Assembly: GCA_019636215.1 (NCBI GenBank)
Contig: JAHBXZ010000005.1
Span: 73,514 to 97,513 of the forward strand
DNA from: Planctomycetota bacterium
Lineage (GTDB): Bacteria > Planctomycetota > UBA8742 > UBA2392
Direction: 5' to 3'
DNA length: 24,000 bases
Under the pieces are notes generated by a model. The model ran no database searches. It saw only the letters and a program-made list of their open reading frames with translations, and was not told where the DNA came from. Every line of letters begins with the position of its first letter. Within the stretch, counting starts at the first letter, position 1. Shown here in pieces: positions 15,209-23,291 of the stretch. Made by a program: the position numbers and the translations under genes.

Positions 15209-15232
15209 CGGGGCTTCTGTTTGCTCCTTGGG

Positions 15233-16384
15233 CTACTTGGCCCCTGCGGCGATGGTTTCCTGCCACTTGGCCGGGATTGCGCTGACGGGCCGGATGTAGC
15301 CCAGGCTTTCCATGGTTTCGCTGTCCTGCAGCACTTCGGTCGGGATGCCCGCGAACTCCCAGCGCGCGTTGACGGCCGTGCCGCCACTGTTGCCGGCGCT
15401 GATCAGGCAATCGCTTTTCAACCACTGCAGGCGGCCCTTGCGTTCCACAAACCCGCTTACCACGCCGCGGGTCAGGCTGATGCTGCACAGGCTGCGCGCG
15501 CCGCCAATCGCCGGGTAACCGATGCAGCGGAGGTCGTCGTCCAGTTCGGGCTCGGACCTGGCCAGCGGCAGCCAGGTGAAGTTCGGCTTCTCGATCGGTT
15601 TGCCGTCAAGGTCGGCCACAATCTGCACCATGGCAAGGTCCAGCGCCTTGTCGCTTGCCACCAGCTTTGCCAGGTGCGACTGGCGCGCAACCTGCCGCGG
15701 GCTGTGGGTGAAGCTGACATAGATGCCCTCGCTGACCGGCTGGTCGTTGTCGTCGGTCAGCACGTGCAGGCAGGTGACAATCAGCCCGCCGGGAGTCACC
15801 ACCGTGCCGCTGCCTGTGCCGAACTCCGTGTCCAGCCGCACGCAGGCATCCAGCGCGCGCTGCATGGGCGCAAGCCCGGCCATGGCGCGAAAGGGCGCAA
15901 CGGCGGCGCGGGCCGCTTCGGGCGGCTTGTCGAATGTCAGCGTCATGGTGAACGTCAGTTCTTCTTCGGCCTCGGCCACCAGGCTGCCGGCGTACACCCA
16001 CCACTTGCCGGGCTTCAGCGGCGGCTCGGTGGTGGCGTCCAGCATGACTGTTTCGTTCACGCGGGGCGTCGTGCGGTCCAGCACGGCACGGTCGGCAAGG
16101 TCCTCATAATCCTTGGCCTTGCTGCCGCGCAGCAGAACCATGTCGATGTCGGCGTTGGCGTCGCTGACCACAAGGAACATGCTTTTGGCGTCACGAGGCA
16201 CCTCAAACGAGAACCCCTGCAGAATCGCCGTATCGGCGGGCAATGTGACTTCCGCGGGTGTGCCGGCCTTGAGTTCCAGTATGGCCTCGGCCAGTTTGAC
16301 CTGCGCCACTTCGGCGTCCTGCGTCGCGGCCACAATCGAGCCGCCAAGCAACATCGCCGCCATCGTCAGTGCCAGTGTGCGCAT
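15233..16384 (-). CDS. Secreted trypsin-like (S1 family) serine protease with an N-terminal pre-peptidase-like beta domain
   Basis: Catalytic-triad contexts 'VTCLHVL' (His), 'DLAMVQI' (Asp) and 'AGNSGGTAV' (Ser). Signal peptide 'MRTLALTMAAMLLGGSIVAA' with GGAGG 6 nt upstream of the ATG at 16384. Confidence 0.8.
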   Translation of the reverse strand: MRTLALTMAAMLLGGSIVAATQDAEVAQVKLAEAILELKAGTPAEVTLPADTAILQGFSFEVPRDAKSMFLVVSDANADIDMVLLRGSKAKDYEDLADRAVLDRTTPRVNETVMLDATTEPPLKPGKWWVYAGSLVAEAEEELTFTMTLTFDKPPEAARAAVAPFRAMAGLAPMQRALDACVRLDTEFGTGSGTVVTPGGLIVTCLHVLTDDNDQPVSEGIYVSFTHSPRQVARQSHLAKLVASDKALDLAMVQIVADLDGKPIEKPNFTWLPLARSEPELDDDLRCIGYPAIGGARSLCSISLTRGVVSGFVERKGRLQWLKSDCLISAGNSGGTAVNARWEFAGIPTEVLQDSETMESLGYIRPVSAIPAKWQETIAAGAK

Positions 16385-16461
16385 GAGGCCTCCGGTTTCT
16401 GTTTCGCCCGATGATGGTGCGGGCAGGCATTCCAGCAACGGGGCGGCTGCGCAAATGGTGG

Positions 16462-16497
16462 CGAACGAAAACAGGCCGGGTCACAGGACCCGGCCTG
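16462..16497 (-). terminator. Rho-independent terminator after the NHL lipoprotein gene
   Basis: On the minus strand: stem caggccgggtc / gacccggcctg (11 bp), loop ctgt, followed by ttttcgttcg. Confidence 0.7.
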
Positions 16498-16513
16498 CCG
16501 AAGGGACGTTGCG

Positions 16514-17692
16514 TTACGGGTTGATGCGCACAATCCGGTTGTTGGCCATGTCGGCGAAGTACAGCTTGCCGTCGGGGCCGAAGGCAAGGCCTGCCACCGC
16601 GTTGGCGCCCAGGCCGGTATCCAGCCAGTTCAGGCGGTTTCCATTGAAGTCAAAGGCGTGGATGATGCCCGTGGCAAAATCAGAAACGAACAGCATGCCC
16701 GCGTGGAACTCCAGCCCTGCCGGTGTCGTCAGGAAGCTGCCCGAAGGCACCAGGCTGGTCACGCTGGCACCGGCAACACGCCAGGCAATGCCGTCGCCGC
16801 TGTGGCAGGTGGCCGCCGTGGGTGTGCCGCCGCTGGCAGGGTCAAGCACGGCAATCCGGCCGTTGCCGCTGTCGGCAACGTACAGCTTGTTGGTCGAGGC
16901 ACTGAAGTACATGTGGCTTGGCACACCGGCGACGGTGGCAATCGCGTCCTCGGCATAGTGCCAGCGCTCGCCGTTGCTGTGGTCGTCGTAGCCCGCCAGG
17001 TGATCCGCCTTGAAGTTATAGCGCGTCAGGCAGACCTTGGGCGTGCCCGCAACCACCGTGTTGTAGGCCTCGCCCACCACCCAGAAGATGTTGCTGGCCT
17101 CGTGGCAGATGCCCTTGGCGAAACGCGTGGAATGCAGCATGTCCAGGTGCGACCCCAGGCCCATGGGCGGCGCGGCGGGCGGGTAGTGGCCGATCACGTT
17201 GCGGTCCAGCGACCACAGTGTCGGGCCCATGAAGTTGTCGCCCGTACGGGTGGCATCCTGGGCCGTGGCAAAGGTCCACCCGTTGCCGACGGTGGATGTG
17301 TTGGCGCCCATGGCTATGCCGAAGCCGTTGGCAAAAAAGTGGCCCCAGTTGCCGTCGTTGGCGCTGTTGATGCGCTCGCCGGTGATGGTGGCCGCCGCGA
17401 CGTTGTCCCAGATCACCAGGCTCTGGTCGCCTCGGCTGACAATCCACAGCTCGCCCGAAGTCAGGGGCGAAAACGCAAGGTCCGACGGCGAACTCAGGGC
17501 AAGGCCCGGGGCCGTCAGCGACGTGAACGTAACCGAAGAAGGCGAGTGGTCGCCCGTGCCAAGCTGGGGCGCCAGGGGCGCCGGCGGGTTGCCTCCGCCG
17601 CCGCTGCTTCCGCCACCACTGGATCCGCCACCGCCACAACCGGCCAACAAAAGCGCAATTGCGGCCAGGGCCGCGCTGGTCTTGCGAAGCAT
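16514..17692 (-). CDS. NHL-repeat beta-propeller lipoprotein
   Basis: Lipobox 'LLLAGC' followed by a Gly/Ser linker. NHL-type repeats 'NKLYVADSGNGRIAVLD' and 'GKLYFADMANNRIVRI'. GAGGAG upstream of the ATG at 17692. Confidence 0.8.
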   Translation of the reverse strand: MLRKTSAALAAIALLLAGCGGGGSSGGGSSGGGGNPPAPLAPQLGTGDHSPSSVTFTSLTAPGLALSSPSDLAFSPLTSGELWIVSRGDQSLVIWDNVAAATITGERINSANDGNWGHFFANGFGIAMGANTSTVGNGWTFATAQDATRTGDNFMGPTLWSLDRNVIGHYPPAAPPMGLGSHLDMLHSTRFAKGICHEASNIFWVVGEAYNTVVAGTPKVCLTRYNFKADHLAGYDDHSNGERWHYAEDAIATVAGVPSHMYFSASTNKLYVADSGNGRIAVLDPASGGTPTAATCHSGDGIAWRVAGASVTSLVPSGSFLTTPAGLEFHAGMLFVSDFATGIIHAFDFNGNRLNWLDTGLGANAVAGLAFGPDGKLYFADMANNRIVRINP

Positions 17693-18046
17693 TTTGTCTC
17701 CTCGCTGTCTACTGCTCCGCACCTGCACACTACGCTACAAACCACGACGGTTTTGCCCCGGTAAGGCCTGTAACCCGTTGTGATCAGTTTTGTTCAAACG
17801 TCTGCATCGGAAACTGGTTCGGCAAAGACAAATCCATGACACAAGCTGCCACGAAACGGCATGGCGACAGCTTGGCCGCCCAAGCGACAAAGGCCGCCAA
17901 AGGCGGGTTCAGGCTTTGGCGGTGGCGTCTTGGCAGTTCTTTGCGCATTGCCGTTGCCGCTTGACGGTGCCGCGCGCTGGCGCTTGCTGCTATCGCTCTG
18001 GGGCGACGGTGCTTGATTCCTGCCGCTGTACCGTAACAATCCGGCC

Positions 18047-18814
18047 ATGCGTTTCCCGTACACTCTGCCGATCCTGCGCGGCACGTTGCTGGCCCGCAAC
18101 AAGCGCTTTCTGGCCGATGTGCGGCTGGATTCCGGGGGCATCATCACCGCCCTTTGTGCCAACACCGGCAGCATGAAGTCCTGTTGTGAACCCGGCCGAC
18201 CGGTGTTGCTGAGCGACAAAGGCCAATGCACCGGCAAGTACTCGCACCTGTGGGAGTCCATCCACATGGGGCAATGCTGGGTCAATGTCAACACTGGCCT
18301 GCCCAACCGTGCCGTCGAACAGCTGGTGCTGGCCGACGCCCTGCCTGGCTTGGCCGGGTGGCCGTTCTTGCGGCGCGAAGTGAAGTACGGCCGCGACGGC
18401 AAAAGCCGCATCGACCTGCTGCTGACCAACACCGCGCCGCCCAAGAAACGCAAGAAAGACCCCGACCCTGTGCCGCGCGGCAAACCCAACGACCGGCCTG
18501 ATTGCTACATCGAAGTCAAGAACACCAGCATGAAGGCCGGCGAACTTTCCGTGTTCCCCGACGCCGTCACCGAGCGCGGCCAGAAACACCTGGTTGAACT
18601 TACGGCCCTGGCCCGCAAAGGCACCGGCGCGGCGATGGTTTACTTTTGCGGGCGCACAGACACCCAGGCCTTTCGCCCCGCCGACGAGATTGACCCCGAG
18701 TACGGCAATCTTCTGCGCAAGGCCGTCAAAGCCGGCGTGCAGGTTCTGCCCTTGCAGGTACGCTTTGATGAAGCAGGCTGGGAGTTTGTGAAGCTGCTGC
18801 CGGTGGAGCTGTAG
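18047..18814 (+). CDS. sfsA: SfsA family protein (sugar fermentation stimulation protein A / nuclease-fold DNA-binding protein)
   Basis: 'GTLLARNKRFLADVRLDSGGIITALCANTGSM', 'RIDLLL', 'YIEVKNTS', 'FPDAVTERGQKHL' and 'VLPLQV' match conserved SfsA blocks. It also carries a basic insert 'APPKKRKKDPDPVPRGKPND'. Confidence 0.85.
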   Translation: MRFPYTLPILRGTLLARNKRFLADVRLDSGGIITALCANTGSMKSCCEPGRPVLLSDKGQCTGKYSHLWESIHMGQCWVNVNTGLPNRAVEQLVLADALPGLAGWPFLRREVKYGRDGKSRIDLLLTNTAPPKKRKKDPDPVPRGKPNDRPDCYIEVKNTSMKAGELSVFPDAVTERGQKHLVELTALARKGTGAAMVYFCGRTDTQAFRPADEIDPEYGNLLRKAVKAGVQVLPLQVRFDEAGWEFVKLLPVEL

Positions 18815-18822
18815 GTGGTACA

Positions 18823-18874
18823 GGGTTCTGGGTTCTGGGTTCTGGGTTCTGGGTTCTGGGTTCTGGGTTCTGGG
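18823..18874 (+). repeat. Heptamer microsatellite (GGGTTCT)x7 plus GGG
   Basis: Perfect tandem copies counted directly, giving eight GGG runs with 4-nt spacers. It starts 9 nt after the sfsA stop. Confidence 0.95.
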
Positions 18875-18910
18875 CAGCAGTCACGAAGGGGTAGGCTGTA
18901 GTACCAGTGT

Positions 18911-18938
18911 CCGATTCCCGATTCCCGATTCCCGATTC
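18911..18938 (+). repeat. Heptamer microsatellite (CCGATTC)x4 (GGGAATC-phased on the minus strand)
   Basis: Perfect tandem copies counted directly. It directly abuts the REP copy at 18939. Confidence 0.95.
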
Positions 18939-18966
18939 GTCCCGTCGCTTACGCTCCGGGCTCCTG
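18939..18966 (-). repeat. REP-like element, short form, immediately after the murJ stop
   Basis: 'gtcccgtcgcttacgctccgggctcctg' matches 27/28 to 9877-9904. Confidence 0.85.
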
Positions 18967-20820
18967 TCACGCCCCTCGCCGCTTGCGCAGGTTCAGGGCC
19001 TGCTCGACCTCCGGCGCGCGCAGCGCCAGGCTCAGGCCGCCATAGATCACCACTCCTGCCAGCACACCCGCGCCCACGCTCAACAGCAGGCTCCAACGCC
19101 CGGTCAGGCCGAACTTGCCTGCCAGCCCCAGCTGGATCGCGTAAGCCCCTGCCCCCATCACGCAGGAAACCAGCAGCGCGCGCAGGATGCTGCGCGGGAT
19201 CTCGCGCACTTTGCTGGGGCTCATGGGCTGCGCCAGGCGCTCGCTGGTGGCCGGCACAGCAGCCGCGCGCAGGCTTTCCAGTACGGTGCCGCGCAGCCTG
19301 CGCTTGAGATACCAGATCATCATCGCCAGGTTGAGCGCGCCGGAAATCGCCGTGCCCAGCGCCAGCCCGGCCTCCTTCAAGGGTGTCTGAAGCAGAATCA
19401 CGTTGGCCACCAGGTTCACGGCCACACAAACCAGTGCCAGGCGCGTAGGCGTGCGGTGGTCGCGCAGCGCATAGAACGCCTTGGTCAGCAGGCTCTGGAC
19501 GCTGACAATCGGCAGGCTCACACACAGCATCACCAGCACCAGCGCCGAACGCTGCAGCATGGCCGGGTCACTGTTGCGCCCGCCGAACAGCAGGCTGGTG
19601 ATCGGCAACGCCAGCGCCGCAAGACCGGCCGCGGCCGGCAGGGCCACAAAGGCAATCAGGCGCGCGCTGTTCAGCAGGCTGGCAGTGAACTTGTCCAGTT
19701 CATTGGCCGCGGCAAACCGCGACATCAGCGGGAACATCGCCGTGCCCAGCGCCACACCCACCAGCCCCAGCGGAAACTGAAACAGCCGCGTCGCGTACGC
19801 GTAACTTGCCACAGCGCCGTCGCCCGGCACCAGCAGTTCGGCCAGCAACTGGTCGGCAAAGGTGTTCACCTGAAACACGGCCAGCGCAAACAGCATCGGC
19901 GCCATGGCCTTGAAGGTCTCGCGCAGGCCGGGTTCGCCCAGTGCCAGCCGCGGGCGCGAAAGCAGCCCCACCCGCTTCAGGTCCGGCATCTGCAGCAGCC
20001 ATTGCGCCATGCCCGAAACCAGCACGCCGATCGACATGACGATGATGGCCATGTGCGGCTGGTCGCGCAGCGGCGACAGCAGCAGGCCCACCAGCACCCC
20101 CACCCAGATCAGGTTGGCAATCGCCGGCGTGATGGCCGGCAGGCCGAAGCGGTTCCAGCAGTTCAACGCCCCGGCCTGCAGCGCCGACAGGCAGATGAAG
20201 ATGACATACGGCAGCAGGATCGACAGGTACTGCCGGAACGCCGCAAACTTCACCGGGTCGCCAAACCAGCGCGCCGGCACCAGCCACACCATCGCCAAAG
20301 ACAGCACACACACAACGCCCAGCCCCGCGGCCAGCAGAAACGCCATGGTGCCCAGCAGCCGCTGCGTGGCCTGCATGTCGCCGCGCAGGCGGTAACGGGT
20401 CAGCACCGGGATCATCGCGCTGGAAAGCGCGCCCTCGCCGAACAGCTTGCGGAACAGGTTGGGGATGGTGAAGGCAATGAAAAACGCGTCAATCTCGCGC
20501 CCGAACCCGAACAGCATGGCCGTCAGCACGTCGCGGGCCAGCCCGCTGACCCGGCTGACCAGCGTGGCCAGGCTGATCACCATGGCCGAGCCCAGAACAC
20601 CCCGCGCGGGCGCGACAACCCGGGCCGAACGCTGCTCTTCCTCGATGCGGACGGAATCGGCCGCGATGTCACCCGCCGAAAGGCCCTCCGAAACGGCAAC
20701 CGGACCAGCCGCCTGGGGCGTCGGGTCCGGTTGGGGAGATGTTTCAGCCATGGGCGTGCTCTTGCGGGTGGCATGGCCGCGAGGGCCGGGCAGACACATC
20801 GGCGCAGACGCCGATGCCAC
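18967..20820 (-). CDS. murJ: Lipid II flippase MurJ (MviN family)
   Basis: 'SRVSGLARDVLTAMLFGFGREIDAFFIAFTIPNLFRKLFGEGALSSAMIPVL' is the canonical MurJ N-terminal block, followed by about 14 hydrophobic segments. The start is uncertain: GTG 20820 is the longest, with ATGs at 20799 and 20751 as alternatives. The first 70 aa or so are non-homologous and Pro/Ala-rich. Confidence 0.85.
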   Translation of the reverse strand: MASASAPMCLPGPRGHATRKSTPMAETSPQPDPTPQAAGPVAVSEGLSAGDIAADSVRIEEEQRSARVVAPARGVLGSAMVISLATLVSRVSGLARDVLTAMLFGFGREIDAFFIAFTIPNLFRKLFGEGALSSAMIPVLTRYRLRGDMQATQRLLGTMAFLLAAGLGVVCVLSLAMVWLVPARWFGDPVKFAAFRQYLSILLPYVIFICLSALQAGALNCWNRFGLPAITPAIANLIWVGVLVGLLLSPLRDQPHMAIIVMSIGVLVSGMAQWLLQMPDLKRVGLLSRPRLALGEPGLRETFKAMAPMLFALAVFQVNTFADQLLAELLVPGDGAVASYAYATRLFQFPLGLVGVALGTAMFPLMSRFAAANELDKFTASLLNSARLIAFVALPAAAGLAALALPITSLLFGGRNSDPAMLQRSALVLVMLCVSLPIVSVQSLLTKAFYALRDHRTPTRLALVCVAVNLVANVILLQTPLKEAGLALGTAISGALNLAMMIWYLKRRLRGTVLESLRAAAVPATSERLAQPMSPSKVREIPRSILRALLVSCVMGAGAYAIQLGLAGKFGLTGRWSLLLSVGAGVLAGVVIYGGLSLALRAPEVEQALNLRKRRGA

Positions 20821-20823
20821 GGG

Positions 20824-21636
20824 TTACCCCTTGCCGGCCTCAGCCCCGAAGCGCTTCTCCAGTTCCTTTCGGATTTCCGACACGTAGCCCTTTGCGATTT
20901 CCTGCAACGGCTTCTGTTCCTTGCCGTCGCGCACCCGCACGCTTACCTTCACGCGCAGGCTTTCGCCTTCGGTGCGGTCGTAAATCGTGATCCGCACGTC
21001 GTCCTGGTTTTTCTCCAGCGGGTTCTTCTTGGCGGCGCGGATGAACCCGCGGTCTTTCTCGGACTGTTCGATGGCACCGTAGGCCTTGGCTACGGCCTCG
21101 GCGGCTTCAAAGGCCTGGCCGGGCTTGACCTTGAAGTAGGCCACGGCCTCGTCATCGGCCACGGCGTCTTCACTGGTGGTATCCAGGCGGCCCTTGTCGG
21201 GGTCTTCGTCGCCACCCTTCCACTTCTTGATCACCCGCCACACCGCGTTGGTGTACTCCTTGGCGATGTCCTGGCGCTCGCCGCCGTCGGCGTTCTTGGA
21301 AAACCAGGCGTGCACAATCAGGCGCGAAACCACCTTGCCGTCCTTGGTTTTGTCGTACACCTTGCCGCGCAGGTTGTAGCCCATGGTCGAACTGGAATCC
21401 GGCGGCAGGTTCAGGCCGGTAAGCTCCATCTTTTCGGCGTCTTCCTTGTCGATGCGGCCGTTCTGCTTCACGACCAGCCGGAAGGCCTCCCAGGTGTCGC
21501 GGGTGCTGGCCTCGTAATCCTGCAGCCAGCCGTCGGTGCTTTCGGGCTTGCCGGTAAACGAAAAGAACTCGGCTGCTTCACGGCAACCGCCAAGCGTAAT
21601 CATGGCCAGTACGGCAATCAGCATAGCGTGCTTCAT
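20824..21636 (-). CDS. Hypothetical lipoprotein
   Basis: Lipobox 'MITLGGC'. Charged soluble body with no motif I recognise. Tightly packed between the adenosyltransferase gene and murJ, with 4-nt and 3-nt gaps. Confidence 0.65.
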   Translation of the reverse strand: MKHAMLIAVLAMITLGGCREAAEFFSFTGKPESTDGWLQDYEASTRDTWEAFRLVVKQNGRIDKEDAEKMELTGLNLPPDSSSTMGYNLRGKVYDKTKDGKVVSRLIVHAWFSKNADGGERQDIAKEYTNAVWRVIKKWKGGDEDPDKGRLDTTSEDAVADDEAVAYFKVKPGQAFEAAEAVAKAYGAIEQSEKDRGFIRAAKKNPLEKNQDDVRITIYDRTEGESLRVKVSVRVRDGKEQKPLQEIAKGYVSEIRKELEKRFGAEAGKG

Positions 21637-21640
21637 GGTT

Positions 21641-22201
21641 TCAGCTCTTGTTAGGGGTCCAGGGAATGTCGGCCACCTTGGCGCGATGGTTCGCCAGCCG
21701 CGCCATGGTGAACAGCCAGTCAGAAAGCCGGTTCAGGTATTTGATTCCGGGCATCAGGCGCTGCGACAGCTTCGGAAAGCTGACACGCACCGCGCTGGTT
21801 TCGCGTTCGGCGCGGCGGCAGACGGTGCGGGCCAGGTGCAGCACTGCGGCCAAACGCGTGCCGCCGGGCAGGATGAAGTTGCGCAGCGGGGCAAGCTCGG
21901 TGTCAGCGGCGTCAATCTGCTGTTCCATCGTGGTGATCAGCGCTTCGTCGAGTTTGGGCGTGGTCGGCGACAACTGGTCGCCGGAGGCCAGAATCGCCCC
22001 CAGGTTGAACAGCTCCACCTGGTGGGCCTGCATGCGGGCGCGGATCTCGGGGTCGCCGTCTTCGGCCGCGACAACGCCAATCAGCGAGTTAAGCTCGTCC
22101 ACTGTGCCATAGGCGGCAACCCGCGCGTCGTGCTTGGGCACCCGCGCACCGCCGAAAAGTCCGGTCGAGCCATCATCGCCGGTTTTGGTGTAAATCTTCA
22201 T
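21641..22201 (-). CDS. PduO-type ATP:cob(I)alamin adenosyltransferase
   Basis: 'MKIYTKTGDDGSTGLFGGARVPKHDARVAAYGTVDELNS' is the hallmark PduO/MMAB N-terminus. The start is the ATG at 22201 rather than the ORF-track start at 22231. Confidence 0.85.
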   Translation of the reverse strand: MKIYTKTGDDGSTGLFGGARVPKHDARVAAYGTVDELNSLIGVVAAEDGDPEIRARMQAHQVELFNLGAILASGDQLSPTTPKLDEALITTMEQQIDAADTELAPLRNFILPGGTRLAAVLHLARTVCRRAERETSAVRVSFPKLSQRLMPGIKYLNRLSDWLFTMARLANHRAKVADIPWTPNKS

Positions 22202-22253
22202 CGCGGCGCAGTGTAGCAGCGCCGGGCGCAAGCGGGGTAGGTGTGTAACGGCT

Positions 22254-22328
22254 GTTGACGGTTTACAGTCGACCGTTCACGGTCAAGGCCGGAAACAGCT
22301 CTGCCGTTGACGGTCAACCGTTGACCGT
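22254..22328. promoter_or_regulatory. Cluster of five TTGAC(C/G)GT motifs forming overlapping palindromes in a divergent intergenic region (putative operator or promoter array)
   Basis: TTGACGGT at 22255 and 22307, and TTGACCGT at 22321. Inverted copies (ACGGTCAA on the + strand) at 22279-22286 and 22310-22317. Palindromes GACCGT-TC-ACGGTC (22271-22284) and ACGGTCAAC-C-GTTGACCGT (22310-22328, 9-bp arms). Confidence 0.4.
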
Positions 22329-22356
22329 GGACCGCACGCCGTACACCATTTGCCCC

Positions 22357-23097
22357 ATGACCACCCTTGACCCCCGCATCAAGACCGCACTGGTCACCGG
22401 CAGCGCCCGCCGCACCGGCCGCGCCATGGCCCTGTGGCTGGCCGCCCGGGGGGTGCGCGTGGCCGTGCATTACCGCGGCAGCCAGGCCGAGGCCGAACAG
22501 ACCCGTACCGAATGCGACGCCCTGTGCAAGGGGGCCATCACCGTGCAGGGCGACCTGACCGACGCCGCCCAGGCCCAGCGCGTGGTCGAACAGGCCGCGA
22601 AGCAACTGGGCAGCCTGCACCTGCTGGTGAACAACGTGGGCAACTACCTGCGCAAGGACCTGTTTGAACTCAAACCCGAGGAATGGCGCGACCAACTGGA
22701 AAGCAACCTGTACACGGCCTGGTACGCCATGCGCGCGGCGGTGCCAATCATGCGCGCCCAGGGTTTCGGCCGCGTGGTGAACCTGGGCTACGCCGCCGGC
22801 GAGCGCCCCACCTTCAACCGGCTTACGGTGCCCTATCACATCGCCAAGACCGGCCTTGCAACGCTCACACGCAGCGCCGCCGCCGCCGTGGCCAAACAGG
22901 GCATAACGGTGAACACGATTGGCGTGGGGATTCTGGAGAACAGCGTGATCAAGCCCGTGAACCCGCCCGCCGGGCGCTTTGCCGGGTTTGAGGACATCTG
23001 CAACGCGCTGGGGTTTTTCTTGTCAACCCAAAGCGACCACATCAACGGCAGCCAGCTGGACATCAACGGCGGCTGGATCCCCGAACAGATTCTGTAG
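22357..23097 (+). CDS. SDR-family oxidoreductase
   Basis: Cofactor motif 'ALVTGSARRTGRAMA', 'NNVGN', and catalytic 'YHIAK' (YxxxK). The start is the ATG at 22357; the upstream extension to 22255 is read through the palindrome array. Confidence 0.85.
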   Translation: MTTLDPRIKTALVTGSARRTGRAMALWLAARGVRVAVHYRGSQAEAEQTRTECDALCKGAITVQGDLTDAAQAQRVVEQAAKQLGSLHLLVNNVGNYLRKDLFELKPEEWRDQLESNLYTAWYAMRAAVPIMRAQGFGRVVNLGYAAGERPTFNRLTVPYHIAKTGLATLTRSAAAAVAKQGITVNTIGVGILENSVIKPVNPPAGRFAGFEDICNALGFFLSTQSDHINGSQLDINGGWIPEQIL

Positions 23098-23119
23098 ACC
23101 GACCCGCCAACAGCCCTTT

Positions 23120-23226
23120 CAGCCCGGAGCGGCAGCGACGGGGTAGTTGGCCGCTGACTACCCCGTCGCTCTAAACGCAATGCGTTTCCGCGCGACCGTC
23201 GCTTCGCGACCTTCCGCTCCGGGCTG
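23120..23226. repeat. Inverted REP doublet (REPIN-like nested hairpin) between convergent genes
   Basis: Outer arms cagcccggagcgg (23120-23132) / ccgctccgggctg (23214-23226) are exact complements. Inner arms agcgacggggtagt (23134-23147) / actaccccgtcgct (23157-23170) form a perfect 14-bp stem. An extra palindrome aaacgca-a-tgcgttt lies at 23172-23186. Confidence 0.75.
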
Positions 23227-23291
23227 ACACTGCTGTGCTTGCGGCCAACCGGGCACGGACGGCGGGCCAGAGGCCCGCGGTCCGAACTCCC

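Noticed and set aside
15233-17692. The S1 protease and NHL-repeat lipoprotein as a two-gene functional system.
   Set aside because: A strong rho-independent terminator (16462-16497) separates them. Both are common secreted-protein types, and adjacency alone does not support a system.
17836-17964. 42-aa basic ORF ('MTQAATKRHGDSLAAQATKAAKGG...') in the 354-bp gap between the NHL lipoprotein gene and sfsA.
   Set aside because: It has no SD, no recognisable motif, and its composition resembles the surrounding non-coding frames. It cannot be supported from sequence alone.
18823-18938. Possible CRISPR array suggested by regularly spaced short repeats.
   Set aside because: The repeats are contiguous 7-mers with no spacers, there are no cas genes, and the unit is far shorter than CRISPR repeats. 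They are microsatellites.
22255-22356. N-terminal extension of the SDR ORF ('MTVYSRPFTVKAGNSSAVDGQPLTVDRTPYTICP').
   Set aside because: The extension is a translation of the TTGACSGT palindrome array. The SDR Rossmann motif begins right after the internal ATG at 22357, giving a normal-length protein.
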